A stretch of DNA of 61,428 nt, filler included, from Sphacelaria rigidula (lineage: Eukaryota): the NCBI GenBank assembly GCA_964200075.2. It is 9 parts of 9 records of this genome, joined end to end, with 100 filler letters (N's around TTAATTAATTAA, not from the genome) between each part and the next. Parts side by side here need not be neighbours in the genome. Positions count along the whole stretch, not along the records: positions 6,838 to 13,574 come from CAXNAA020018337.1; positions 13,675 to 20,411 come from CAXNAA020018338.1; positions 20,512 to 27,248 come from CAXNAA020018339.1; 6 more parts are not named here. One strand, given 5' to 3'. The notes below the pieces were generated by a model that was not told where the DNA came from, did no database searches, and saw only the letters and a list, made by a program, of their open reading frames with translations. Positions 12,741 to 26,174 of this stretch are shown one piece after another. The position numbers were made by a program, and so were the translations under genes. Numbering within the stretch: position 1 is the first letter of the stretch; each line of letters starts with the position of its first letter.

Positions 12741-15700
12741 CCCCTTCAATGCTCCCGATTCCCTCGATGGTGTTGGGCTGGTGGTTCGGGTGTTGTTTTT
12801 GTGTTTTAGTCTTTTGTACTTGAACTCGTTTGTTTTAGTACCCGTAGATGGTTAGTATCAGCTCATGGATCGGGTGAGGGCCGAGAGCTCAACTGCACCG
12901 CTTGAAAGTTTCCAAAAGACTATACATTATCAGTAGCCTCATAACATTTCGTTGTGGTAACGACTCGAGAAAGACGGGTGGTCAGGGCTGTTGTTCACTG
13001 GCTAAGGAGGACTGCAATGTGTGGGAGATCCAGGTGGGTAGATCGGAGGTCAGCGATAGATTGTTCTCGGCTCTTCTCCTGGGTCTACATGCACGGGGAT
13101 TCAACCACAACCCTAAACGAGCGCAGAACGTATGCATGTGCCAATTAAGAGCAGTGCCCCCTTGCATTTGATTTTATATCAGCGCGTGGGGATGGATGGG
13201 GGCAAAGAGGATAACAAGGGGTCACGGGGAGATGAAGAGTGGTAGCGAGAAGCCCGTCGAAGAAGGCGGCTTCATGAACACGATTCGCGGGTAAATAACA
13301 GCCGACGGTGGCCAAGGTATAGCGGACAAATGAACAAGGGACAAGCTTAAAGGCTTTTCAAACACCCGCTGTACCAAACTTGTAGCAGAGATACGCCTCG
13401 CATATTGGCATGAATCCTGTCGTCAAGGCCAAGCAAAATACAGTTGTAAGAGTTTGAGTGTGTCGTGGCTGCGCACCGGGATTCTTGTGATGGAGTAGCC
13501 AGACGTTTCGGTGCAATCAAACTATTCCGAATTTATGAATTTATGGTCGCCCAGCAGAGGACCACAGCGCCCCCNNNNNNNNNNNNNNNNNNNNNNNNNN
13601 NNNNNNNNNNNNNNNNNNTTAATTAATTAANNNNNNNNNNNNNNNNNNNNNNNNNNNNNNNNNNNNNNNNNNNNTTGGGGGGCGCATTACGTCCCTCCCC
13701 TGTAGACGAAATATCTCCCCCGTAAAAAAACATTTCGGGAGTGATGCCGCCACCCCCCCCCCCCCCCCCGGTTTTGGCAGCATTTGTTGAACAAGGGATG
13801 ATACGGCAGGGGTGCACAAATATTTTCTGAGGTTTGAATTGTTAGGAGCCCTTCATCTCATCCGAAACACGACCTAAGAAATACGTGAGAGTACGGAAGG
13901 ATTGCTATCCAATGTGCTAGGGATGTCCCGAATGAATCTGCAAACGAGGGTGCCCTGACCCATGTATTCTCGTGCATCTGGAGTCTTTAGGAGCCCCTGA
14001 ACCAGACAAGATTTCGCGCAAAACGTGCACCCCTACCGTAGCATTGCGCTGACGCAGAAATGGTCATGCAGGTACAGCACATGCGAGATGATGGCTACTT
14101 TCAGAAACGACTAATTGGAATTTACTCTGAATGATGCAGATACAAACAACTGGTTACAGAAACGAGTTTATGAATCTTTATTTGAAGAGTGCAGATACAG
14201 CAGGTTCCAGAAACCCGTTCCTGCCATTTCATTTTGAAGAAAGCATATACGAGAAGCTACTTTCAGAAACCAGGTCTAAACACCTCACACATACATGTTG
14301 CCTCGCCCCCCCCCCCCCCATTACACTTTTCAGGGAAGGAGGCTACCGCGGGATCACTCGTGGGGTCCGAGAAAGTCATGTCACCCAGGCGCCGTAGACA
14401 CAGTTACCTACGGTACACGTTTTGAGACGCTCCCGACCACCGTACTGTGTGCCGTGCGTTAGCTAGCCAACCGGCAGGCTCGTGAGGTATCGAAACGCGA
14501 TGCCCTCTGTCTCTGTCTCTGTCTCTGTCTCTCACCCCATGGCCACGTAGTTACCGTCCGGGCTGTAGTGTATGTTCATGTTCTCCCCGTCCGACGTGTA
14601 CGATTGTGCGGCAGAGCCCGGCGATCGAACATCCCAGATCTGAGAATGATATACGGACCGGACCGGACCGGATCGGACCAAAAGGGAATGGTAAGAGCAC
14701 TCTTTGCTTTACTTGAACGGAAGACTAGCTGATACCGCGGGTGTCGTGCTGTGAATGATGGTCTGGTCGTGGCGTCTGGTGGGTTTCTGTGGACCTTAGC
14801 GTGGAGCACACATAGAGTTGATGATGGTGGTGGACGAATCTGCATCTGTTGTATGCACCTAGCGACCAACTACTTCGTGAAAAAAGCAGAATGACAGAGT
14901 TCACTTGCTCGTTGCCAATATTACTAACGACAAATGCTGCACGGGGCGCACCAAACACGTGAAGACAACACGACGGGCCAAGGGCGCGGTAAACACACAC
15001 ATATATAAATATATATATAGAGAGGGAGAGATGTATATAACCACGATTTTTTTTTAACGCGTTTTGGATGACCGCCCGAAAACAATGATAACTCGACAGT
15101 CAGCTTGCAAGACGGGCAAGACGGCACGTGTATGCCTTTATCTTCTTCGAGGGACATTCTCCTGAATGTTCAATAGATTGGTTGATTATCATGCAGTGAT
15201 CGATCCGGGCTGGCTTCATCACTAGACCCAAAACTGTTGTCTCCAGCGATTGTTCACTCCAGGTTTGAGAATTAGGACCTGAAATGTTGAGATGAGCGCA
15301 TCGACCTTTCGTAGGCCCTCATTAGGAGGTGATTATATATGCTTTCCCCTCTTCGGAATTACGTCAATCGATGTGACGTTCGAAACAAAATATCCACTTT
15401 CATACCTCCCCAGGGAAAAAACAAACAAACACTGCTAATGATGCTTTATTTTCTGTTCCGTCCTGTTTGCGCCTCAGGCACGTTTTTAGGGGTCAAGTAG
15501 TCGGACTATTAATAGCCCATAGACAAACTAGGGGTTCACATCCGGAAATCACTTGTTGAAGGAAACTCGAGGAGAGGGGGGTGGGGATGTGAGCACGACC
15601 AAAAAAATAGACAAAAACAGACTGAAACAGACTGAAACGAGAGGGGGAGGGGGAAAGGTCATAATGTAAATGCCAAATGCTTCAACACGTATCGTGAAAG

Positions 15701-15884
15701 ATCATTAATCCCAAAGCACTCTGACAAACAATGCAACAACAACAAAAATAGAGGGGAAAAAAGACCACACAAAACATAAATCATCACATTATCCACACCC
15801 CGCACCTGAACAACTCGCAGCAAAACATCTGCATTGTGTGTCTGCCTGGCGTAAATCAAGTGAAACACACAAGACGAAAAAGGC

Positions 15885-16010
15885 AAAGCAAAAACAATGA
15901 CAAAACAATGACAAAAAAAGTGACGTACAAAAAATGACAACAAATGACAACAAATGACAACAAATGTCAACAAATGACAAAAACAAAAACAAAAACAAAA
16001 ACAAAATGAC
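15885..16010. repeat. Intronic simple repeats (CAAATGACAA)n and (AAAAAC)n
   Basis: Seen directly in the sequence. Confidence 0.85.
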
Positions 16011-16030
16011 GGGAAAATTGGAGCCCACAC

Positions 16031-16139
16031 CTTGAGGGACTTGTCCGTGGCACAACTTGCTATTTGGTTTTGGTCGGTAGGGGAGCACGCTATCGCCTCC
16101 ACCTTCTGCTTCTCATGAGCGATGAAGTTTGTCTTCACC
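16031..16139 (-). CDS. Internal exon of a WD40-repeat protein
   Basis: CAG acceptor and AAG|GT donor; peptide VKTNFIAHEKQKVEAIACSPTDQNQIASCATDKSLK matches the WD40 pattern AH...V..I..SP....IAS...D..LK. Confidence 0.75.
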
Positions 16140-17817
16140 CTGCACGCCACACACAACAAAAGCGCGTAAGCAAAACGGCGAGCATGGGAGGCAAGGGTTT
16201 CTATCAGGTGGCATCATGATACATCGTTATGTCAAAATAGATCGAACATCATCTCCCATGTTCCTACACGATAAACGCCGAAATTGGTGTGATGTAGAGG
16301 TAGAAAGGGGCGCTAAAGAGACAAAGGGTAATCAAAGAGGCTCCATCTTGTGTCCTTCATGACTTCACGCCAACTTATCCGGACAATATACATATATATA
16401 TATATAATTATATATACGAGTGCATTGAAACCGGGTTGCATGTGCGCGTTGTTTGAGCTGTGTTGGACTAAACAGCGACGTTTCTGTCGGACAAAAATAG
16501 GCGGATTTGAATGTCATTTCGGAATATTTTCTACCGCCATCCTTCTATGCTCCTCATCATGCCACGCACCAAAGAGTGCAAGAAAATAACTCTCGAATCT
16601 TAATGCGTTGTACACTGAACTATAGTTTTATTAACCCATGCTTTCGTGTGAAATGACTTGTCGGTGGCAGGCTCATTTTTTTTTTTCTTTGTCCCTTCCT
16701 GGAAGGACGGAAGAAACCTGACCCAGCACTTACCCCGCCCGCAAGCGGGTTCGTGTTCCGACTACCCGGAGGCTCGACTACACTGCCTCACGGTAGCCAT
16801 GTGGGGCAGGCGCCTCGAGCGCTCAAAAGTTTTGCTCAAGGCAGTGTGGGGATTCGACCCACTAAACCCCCCCTTCAACTTGGATCAGTGCACGCCCCTC
16901 CCCACTCTTAGCAGCTTCGGCCATAGGGGCAGACTTATCTTGCAACAACTTACCCCCCCCCCACCCCCCTCCCTTACACACTCAGCCCCTCTACACGGTG
17001 GATGCACCTGCTGTTTCCGTGAGAGTCCACGTCCCACAGCACCATCCACCCATCGCTGGACCCCATCGCAAGCTTCCCATCGATGCACCACGCAATGGAG
17101 TATGCCTGAAGACGATATCATACCAAGCGACGCCATCATCGGGTACAGTGTACACTGTCAATATATACAGCAGCAGCAGCGAGCACATCAAGCGCTGTGC
17201 GCAGGAAGGGATGCAGTTTACCCCGGATCAAAAACAAAGACATGCAGCAAGAGTAAGCTGAGACCGCGTGGATTACATCCATTCCGGATACTCCCCCCCA
17301 CGCATCCTTCCCCCTCCCGCCCCCCCCCTGGCTGCGAGCGCGGGCGGGGCGCNNNNNNNNNNCGGCACTAAACAAAAACCACGGACCACGAGCGCTGCCA
17401 GCCCGCGGGTTGTTACTTCATTCTTTTTTTCCCCCCCCCCCCCCCCCCCTGTTCGTGACGAGCGACCTTGAGTTTGTTCGGTATACTCAATGTAAGTTAA
17501 GCTCATGGTGACGACGTGTTGACTCTCTGTGTAGTATTGCTTGATACCTTGGATGGGAATTTACACGGGAATGCACGGACTACAACGTGGCAGCAGCCAG
17601 AAAGAACGACACCATTGCCTCCAGGGGTAACGGTCACGTAAGGGTACAGTAGTCCGCGAGATTTCACCGTGACGCAAAAAAGATGCGCACTTGACTTGAT
17701 TTCCGACAACGCGCAGTGATGCCCACCTACTCCACACACTTGTACTGCAAAAAAAAAAAAATGGTGAGACGTGTGAAGGGGGTGCTTCGTACAGCTGCAA
17801 AAGTCTGGGTAATCTTG

Positions 17818-18328
17818 GACACTTTCTACGATAGCTCCCCCTCGAAAAGCAGCCCAAAATTGCCAAGAAAAAAAACGGTCATACTCGTACAGCGCCTGAT
17901 GTTAGAGTTCAGAGTTTATGAAGCGCCTCAGGCACTTTCTGCGATACCCCCCCCCCAAACCCAGCTCAAAAGTGTCACGAAAAAAATGGCCACACAGGGC
18001 CTGATGTTTGGGTCCAGGCTGCATGAAGCGCCTCATACAACATCGTCGAGAACGAACGCAAGCGTGGGAATTCCCAGCTGCTCGTTGCGCTCGGCTTTCC
18101 CCATTTCGATTTACGTGAAGATTTTGCCTCCAAAAACCATGCACGTTTGGGGGGGGGGGGGGCTATCGTAGAAAGTGTCCTCGTATGGGTGACATTGGCG
18201 AGAACGAACCCAAGCGTGGGAATTCCCAGCTGCTCGTTGTGCTCCGCTTTTTTCATTCAGATTTGCGTGAAGATTTTGCCTCCCCAAACCAGGCACTTTT
18301 GGGGGGGGCGGCTATCGTAGAAAGTGTC
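17818..18328. mobile_element. MITE family A, outer copy (interrupted by a second family A copy)
   Basis: TIRs GACACTTTCTACGATAGC / GCTATCGTAGAAAGTGTC; flanks CTTG / TTTG. Confidence 0.85.
17931..18179. mobile_element. MITE family A, inner nested copy
   Basis: TIRs GGCACTTTCTGCGATA / TATCGTAGAAAGTGTC; flanks CTCA / CTCG; removing it restores the outer copy to the family sequence seen at 1617-1837. Confidence 0.85.
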
Positions 18329-20344
18329 TTTGCTTGTCTCTACTTTCCTCCGGTATCACCTCCTTCTCGCCACATATTGCCGATTCTGGCCACTGTTGTA
18401 CCTTATTTTGGGCACAGCTGTACCCTCTCGTTTCCAATGTCGAAAGGGCCGATCCCTCTCCTAGGAATGTTCTACAGCATCAGCAGTCATCGTCGCCAAC
18501 AACGACACATTATCGAGCATCCAAACTATTATAGACAAAAATAAAATCCGTAAGAGCGGCGGTATAACAATGAAATGCTGTAACTACTGTGCATCGAAAC
18601 AAAAACACCGCAAGAAGTGAACGCCTAGGTCGCGCAGTACTGCAAGTACACTTCCATGCCATTTCGCGTCTTGCTCTTCCTTTTTGTCGGCAAGCGTTCC
18701 CCTCTGTTTACTTCGGGTACGCCCACCTCATGGTCACGATTGGATTCGTGACGGACCGGTGAAAGTGCGACAATAAATCAAGTCCACCGTCAATTCTGTG
18801 TAGTCCTTCCAGCGGTCTGTAGCGAAAAAATTATGCGTGGCAGGCTTGAATATACAGAAACGACCCGTTCATAAGAAACGAGGTCGTTAATATATATATA
18901 TATATATATATATGGCTGAGATTTTCCAAAATGAAACAAAACAAAACAAGAAAGTGTTCAGACTCAGCGACGACCGCTACACTACGTCCACTCCAGTAGG
19001 CCTTTGCATCAGATAAGAAAGATCACTCAGGCTGCGTCTGATTTTCAGCTTTTTCTTATGAGCCACCCGCTACTGCACGTACATGTATATATATATATAT
19101 ATACATATGTATATGTATATTACCGAGAAGAGATGGGCTGATCCCCTTGAGACCACGGATTCGTCCCGAGAGACGGGAGGGGGTGTTATTCAAAGTGCGA
19201 CAATATATATATATTAAAATATGCGTGTGTGCTGTACGTTCAGGTCAAGGGCATCAATTTCCACTGCCCCAGCAGCATTCGCAAACTGTCATGGCTGCCG
19301 AAGGACTGACCCGATCCGATTGACGTTAAAGCAGGCGTAGCGTTGACGGCTGAGCAATCGAGAGTCCTAGAGCCTGAGCAGGAGGGCTGTGCATTTCTGT
19401 ACTTATCGTGTGCTTTCCCTCCGCACCCGACAAACGACACTCATTTCCGGAAACAACATAGCGTTGGCATGGTCAGCTTGCGTCCAGAGCATGTCACACC
19501 GCGGCAACGACGCACACTGTAGCTCACAAACTTGAGCAGAGGTAGAAGCGAGCTGAGGTGGAATCATCTGTTGTATCGAAAACGTTCGTTCGTGTGAGAA
19601 GGTGATTCCTCGATGGACACCCATGGGAATTTTGCCCCTCTATGTGGTGGTACCCACATCACCCCCCTCCCCCTCCCTCTCCCCCTCGTTGATGACCCAT
19701 TTTCGTACGTTCTTTCAACGAGAAGATGCTTTTGTAGGGGTGACCATTTTCACCGCCTAGCGGTGAGGATATACATTTTTCTATGCATATATTCTACATG
19801 TGTTGGGTCGCCAAGCTAATAAATCTCGACCGAAGACTTTTCCAGTGAAGCAGCGAACTTTGCTTCGAAGTCTACCTACCATCAGCTATTTTGTTCCCCA
19901 CTATTTTCACGACTCTTTCGTGCTCGCTTCAGTTTTTCGCCCTCAACGTTCTTTTTTCTCGTCGCGTTGGTGGGGACCGGTATCCGAATCCGGGACCCTA
20001 TGTTCATAGAGCGTTCAGAGTTATCTCATGGTGTTGCCGATGTGAAAAGGTGATCCCTCGACGGACACTAGTGGGAATTTCTCCCTTCTATGTGGTGGTA
20101 CTCGCACTCGGTCATAGTTTCTTCGGAAAAATGAAAAATGAGGGTAAAGAAAAGCTGTAAGTATGGTCGCGTCGTTCATCTTTTTTTATTTTGAGCCATG
20201 CTCTCAGCTTCTTCTTTTTTCATTTCTCGGTGAAAAATATTTAAAGAAGGCAAGTATTGACCACTCGAAACGAATGCGAATACTGCGGCATCAAAAGCAA
20301 CAAACTACACGCCTCCTTCTCTCCCCCCCCCCCCTCTCATTATG

Positions 20345-20411
20345 CTTATGCTCCATCTCGAAAGGGATGCGTGGTCAATGGTCAAACGACTAAGGCAAGC
20401 AACAAATGAGT
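20345..20411 (+). mobile_element. LINE subfamily A 3' end (runs into the contig end)
   Basis: GCTCCATCTCGAAAGGGATGCGTGGTCAATGGTCAAACGACTAAGGCAAGCAACAAATGAGT. Confidence 0.75.
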
Positions 20412-20511
20412 NNNNNNNNNNNNNNNNNNNNNNNNNNNNNNNNNNNNNNNNNNNNTTAATTAATTAANNNNNNNNNNNNNNNNNNNNNNNNNNNNNNNNN
20501 NNNNNNNNNNN

Positions 20512-20571
<60 letters not shown>

Positions 20572-21750
20572 AAGGGGAGGCAAAAAGCCAATAAAAATAA
20601 AAATAAAAATACGTCACGGCAAATTTGTGCTTATAAGGAACGCCAGTGCCGACTACACCGTGGAGGAAGCGCGCAGTCTGCCATTTCGCCACCAGAAAAT
20701 AAAAAGAGGGATCGAAGAGGGTGGAAGAAAAACACCAAACATTTACTGCCGCTACAAAGCTTTTAAAAATAATGCAAGCAACTGATCTTCCAGTCGAAAT
20801 CCACCGCGTGAAGTGTACACTATATAATATGGACATATATATCTATGTATGTAATACACCCAGAAGTCCCCCATGATCTGTACAGTTCAAACTGAAAACT
20901 ACCTGAATCCTGCAAAATAGTCACGATGACAAGAACATATCGCAGCAAATCCCACCACGCGAGAGTCTAACTGACCGGAATTCATCACGGTTGCATTCGT
21001 GTTTGCTGAACAAGTCCACTATGGAGCACTACTGCCCCCCCCCCCCCCCCCCCCACCCCCCCCCCCCCCCCCACCCCAACACACCCCCACCCCCCCACAC
21101 CANNNNNNNNNNCAAAAACCACAAATAACAACCCCTTTGGTTGTTTTTTTTTTTAAAAAAAAACCCCAAGAAGACCCACCCCCCCCCCCCCCCCCCCCCC
21201 CTCCCGCCAACCCGAAAAAATATTACAGAAGGCAGACGCGATGATATTTCTTCTCTTGTCGCTGCTCCTTATCCACGGCAAAATAAACAAAAAGATCAGT
21301 CACGGAGAAATTTGTCATCTCTCTCATTTCCTCTCTTGGTATCCAATACACTCACACAAGGCAGAAGCCATGATGTTCATTTTCTTGTAGCTCCTTCCTA
21401 TCCACGGTAAAATAAACAAAAAAATCTCATACATCCCCTCTTTTTCCTCCTTGATATCGCATCCTTTCACCAGAAAAAAAACTTCCCCTCCCTTGAAACC
21501 GCTGGCGCGGGAGACCAAATGGACCGAGCATGACGGTGTGCGGAGACGCGCCCAACAGTACTCCACGTGTCTGCATATACGTACCTACATCGCCCGGAAG
21601 TACATGAAATATATCTGACGGTGTAGCAACAAACGCAAGCAAGGTTCCAGGTTGTTAAATCACCCACGAATCTCTTCACCCGTCTGGCTTTCCACGGCAT
21701 CACAGTACAGGGAATAAAACCCCTCCATGACAGTACTCTGTTTCGTGACC

Positions 21751-21796
<46 letters not shown>

Positions 21797-22292
21797 TTTT
21801 TTCCTCTCTTGCGGGCTTTCTGGGCCAGTAGCAGAAAGAAAAAAAAATCCCACCAACGTACAAAAAAAAANNNNNNNNNNGACCAGGGAAAAAACCCCCC
21901 CCCAGCCAGTCCCTTTTTTGCGGCCCCCCCCCCCCCCCCCCCTGCCCACCCGTCCCACCAAGCGCCCCTTTTTTGTCAACGGTTGTCGGGTTCCTTGGGT
22001 AAATCTACACAATAAAATAATTCCAAAGCAACGGAAAAAAGAAGACGTGCGCCCCAAATGCTCAAAGTACCAAGCATCCGAAGGCAGCATGTTGATTAGT
22101 CAAACGGAGGGGGACTGCGCCAAAAATACAGCCACTGTTACAAGATAATGCGTGCGCGCGCTCGTAGATTCCGAGGTCTACCCCGAGTATATAGTTTGTT
22201 CTCCGTTCGAATATTCTTCTGACCCTCGAATCAACCGCAGCATAAGCACTAATCGGCGAAACTAGTACCTCGTTCGGTTGTGCTGGTGGGGG

Positions 22293-22343
22293 TGTACTCA
22301 TGATCATGCATGCCATAGTCATAAGACCATTGACCTCGACCTA
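22293..22343 (-). mobile_element. 51-bp LINE subfamily B 3' end with a 12-bp TSD
   Basis: Flanked by identical TGCTGGTGGGGG at 22281-22292 and 22344-22355. Confidence 0.8.
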
Positions 22344-23364
22344 TGCTGGTGGGGGGGGGGGGGGGCTGGTGACCCACGTGCCCACACACACATACACACA
22401 CATGAACGCCGAACACCCAAAAATTCTCCTCTATTCCAAGGGGGGAAAAGGTTAGCAGACTGGCCAACAAACACCGTAACACCTGTTGAATGCAGACTTC
22501 GCTTTGCCCTCCTCACCCCCCCCTCACCCCATCCCAAAGCCCCAGAGCGAAAGATCAAATGAGCAAAAGCACGCTTGTACAAAAAACAGTCTACATCTGC
22601 CTGTACAGAGTCATCGCTTCATCTTGCCTTCCCATGCGTGTGTGTGAGTGTGTTTGTGAGCGAGTGCCCATCAGTTCTTCTCGAAAATAAAATTATGAGC
22701 ACTGACTGACGACTAGGTGGTATATTAGCATAGTCAGCTCTCGCCCGCGTTATGTTTACTCCTTCACGCAGACGGTAGAAGCACTGGCTAGTCGGTTGAA
22801 CGAGAAATTGCTCCACATCACAACACGCATATTTCCCGCGGTAAGACGACAACGACAAAGCAACAAAAGGAGCCGCGCCAGAGAACCCGACACCCGAGAG
22901 AGGGAGACCCTGACTCCTTCATATCTCGTTCATAGTCCCAACCCCGCCGGCTCCTCGACGCACCACGCGCTACACCGGGTACGCACGGTGGAACGAGCGA
23001 ATGTCGAGCACCCTCTTTTCCTATAACAACGCGAGAGGTCAGAAACACGATCGTACTCAACATCCGTCATCACATCACCATCGCCATCACCGGCGTGTCC
23101 ATGATCCAAGGCGAACATCCTGCCACGAGAGACACAACACGCATGCCCCCCTGAATCTTCGCCTTGCCGCCGTCAACTGGAAGCTGTCCATCCAACGTAA
23201 ACAAGCACACGCGCCTCTTCCTCCCTTCCCCGCCCCTTGCTTCTTCTCATCGTGGTTTCCCTTCCCTAATCCACCTTGACCACAACCGCATCACAACACA
23301 CAGCCCGTCTGTCATCATCCAATACATGGCGTGTTCTGACAGCCATCCATTCATCCATTCGTCA

Positions 23365-23457
23365 TCACGAGGGTACGCCCTTTCGCTTCGAACTCCCCGA
23401 GGCAGAATCAGACATGCGGTCCCCACAGTAACGCCGGATCCAGGGGTGGGCGGCTAC
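23365..23457 (-). CDS. AUR: Aurora kinase, last exon (6 of 6 visible)
   Basis: CAG acceptor, phase 0; VAAHPWIRRYCGDRMSDSASGSSKRKGVPS*, with the HPWI motif that ends the kinase domain. Confidence 0.85.
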   Translation of the reverse strand, partial: VAAHPWIRRYCGDRMSDSASGSSKRKGVPS

Positions 23458-24094
23458 CTGCATTGCCGATAGTCGACCAGAGGGTGGGAAACCGATCCAG
23501 CATGAGTGTGCATATTTTCATCCGTCATACGATCAATACGCTAGATATAGGTGTGTGTTTTGCAGAGCAGCAGCTGCGAACCACTTTAAAACGCGTGTCT
23601 ACGCAACACCACCTGGTATCCGCATGTGCCCCATCCCATAGGTGACGGTGTGTACCACATCAGGATGATGGCTTTTTGGAATCACGAACCTCGGTATCTC
23701 CGGGGCGGGTTGTGTCCCCCGTGCCCGAGTGCAGTAAAATAAGTATCCCGCCATAGTGCAGTGGGTTGACAGCCCGGCATGACCGCACTATGCGGGAACT
23801 CCGCTTGCACTACGCTGCGACAGTACCGTGACTTGATACTAATATAGGAAGTCGGGCTTGTGACAAGTGGTTTTGACCGCACTTTGGTGGTACCCCGACA
23901 TGATGCGAAGAGCAACCGAAGAGTTATCATCCAGCGGTTTTGTTCACGGAGGCTGGTGCACCGCGTACCCATCGTGTATACCGACACCCATGCTTGACAT
24001 CCGGGCCAAGGCTGATGAAATAACGAACACAGTCGGACACTCCACAACTGCGTAAAATGACCGTAGTGGTGTTCGGTGGGGACATACTCCACAC

Positions 24095-24172
24095 CTGGTC
24101 AAGAGGTAGACGCTTCTGGGGTTCCTTTTGCAGCAGTTTGCCCACCAAGTCCTTCGCCTCCGCGCTAATATC
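24095..24172 (-). CDS. AUR: Aurora kinase exon 5 of 6 visible
   Basis: GT-AG flanked; DISAEAKDLVGKLLQKEPQKRLPLDQ (subdomain XI). Confidence 0.9.
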
Positions 24173-24735
24173 CTGTCAAGAGGTGATATATCGTCCAATC
24201 ATGGACACGGGATATCACGAACAGGAACGCGACATATCGTGCACAGAGACATTAAATCGTGGACGGGAATAACGGGATCACGACCAGAACATCGGCATTT
24301 TCACGATCCTTCCTCTGTTTGCCCCATTTATTTCCCTCTGACCGACTGGTGCACGGGCGCCGACTACATTTTCCACACCCTGGATCATGACAATAGAATA
24401 CACTGTCAAGAAGTGTACTGTGTACAGTACCGGCTATTGCGCCTTCGGCAGCAGACAACAAAATCCTCATTGTAGGCAGTTCAATCTCTTCTCCAGGGTG
24501 TGAAATTCTTCAGTGTAAAATAGATGTTTACTCGAGCCGACACTCGAGTCCGACACTGACTCTCCGGGCGAAAATTACAGCAATTTCGTAGGCGGGGGCC
24601 ACCCTGGGCGACCTCAAGGGGCTTATTCTTGTAGCTAGCCTCGTACTCATCAATAGTACATAACACGCTTCTACTTTCCTGGGCGATCTCAGGGGGCTCC
24701 CCCCCAAAGCGATTTCACTTCTTTTGTGAACGTAC

Positions 24736-24885
24736 CAGACGCGACGGCCAGCGAAGATCGACCCTTGATATCCTCCGGTATGTGGCATCATGACCCTCAG
24801 CTTCGAAAGGAGGCACCCCCACCAAGAACTCGTATGCCAGGACTCCGAGGGACCAGATGTCCACTGTGTTGTCGTGCGCTCTCCC
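24736..24885 (-). CDS. AUR: Aurora kinase exon 4 of 6 visible
   Basis: GT-AG flanked; [50 protein letters not shown]. Confidence 0.93.
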
Positions 24886-25329
24886 CTGTGGACGCGCGCA
24901 CCCCCGACCCCGCGCCCCCCAACCAAAAAACAATAAGTACACAAAACGAAACAAGAAGGGGGAAAAAAAACGGGACCACCGGTAAAAAAGTCGAGAGATC
25001 AGATAAGGCTGTCAGTCAGAATCAATGAGTTGGAAAGTCAGTGAGTTTCGACACAAGATATGCCGCGAGTCAAGGACTGTCGGGGCATCCAAGCCCGGAA
25101 CGCGTCGATTCGACTAGGATGGGACCTCTTAAATGCGATACGAGCAAACATCGGCTGTCTTCGTGTAAGGCCTCAGCTTTTGAGGGAGGATTGAATCACG
25201 GGTGAAATTCATTTGTACAGTACGTGGAGTGCCAGCCGATATCCACCACCTTGAAAACGGCCGCCCCAAAATAGGGACATCGAATATCACCGTTGAGAAC
25301 GTCAAAGTGATACTGTACTCTTTACTCAC

Positions 25330-25461
25330 CTCGACCATCTCTGGCGGCAAGTAGTCCAGCGTCCCGCACATAGTGTTGCGGCGCGAGTTGGGCGCGTGTA
25401 CGCTCCAGCCGAAGTCGGCAAGCTTTAGTCCTCCCCTCGAACCTATAAGCAGATTCTCCGG
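25330..25461 (-). CDS. AUR: Aurora kinase exon 3 of 6 visible (activation loop)
   Basis: [44 protein letters not shown] contains the Aurora signature DFGWS...[15 protein letters not shown]. Confidence 0.95.
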
Positions 25462-25969
25462 CTGCTTCAAGGAAACGCCCACATCAAACAAGAAGAGAAG
25501 AAATGCAAGGCGAGTGAGAGAGTGCAGTGTATAGTGCCATGATCCATGCTTCACTCACGAAGTCTACACTGAGTTGCTCCGCCGTGCCGAATCTGCCAAG
25601 CACTGTATACTGTCGGAGTACCTCCAACAAATATATGACACCGACACCCAAGAAGTACCCCGTGCGTACATGTACCAGTCTACCTGCAAGTATCAACAAC
25701 CTCCAACGAAGTTATTTTTCGAGACTCGCCCTACGGACCCTGTTAAAACCAGCCCCCCCGCCCGCCCGCCCCCCGTATCTCCATCCTGCCCCGTTAAATC
25801 ACTCCTTCAGGTCGTACCCATCGCATATCAATCGTTCTCGGTTCACATACATGCCGATCGGAAGCGAAACCACCGTCTTCTCCGAACGAGCTGCAATCCT
25901 CGCATCCCTTCACCCCATCACACCAAGATAGTCACACAGACTCTGCTAGGGCACAACGTAAATACACAC

Positions 25970-26174
25970 CTTGAGGTCCCGGTGGATGACCTTCTTCTTA
26001 TGACAGTGGTACAGCGCAGAGGCCACGTCCAGCACATACCGCGCGCTCTTCTCCTCGTTGAACCTGCCGTGACACAGCGTCTTGTACAGCTCCCCCCCAG
26101 GAGCGAACTCTAGTATAAGATATATTCGCTTGTCGTCGTAGAAGTAGCCGAACAATCGCAGGATGTTACGGTGC
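25970..26174 (-). CDS. AUR: Aurora kinase exon 2 of 6 visible
   Basis: [31 protein letters not shown]...VIHRDLK; GT donor; the acceptor reads AT instead of AG. Confidence 0.92.

Noticed and set aside
20512..20570. 59-nt poly-G, and poly-Pro/Gly ORFs at 20999-21244, 21467-22090 and 28618-28977
   Set aside because: Homopolymers beside N gaps and contig ends; low-quality sequence rather than coding
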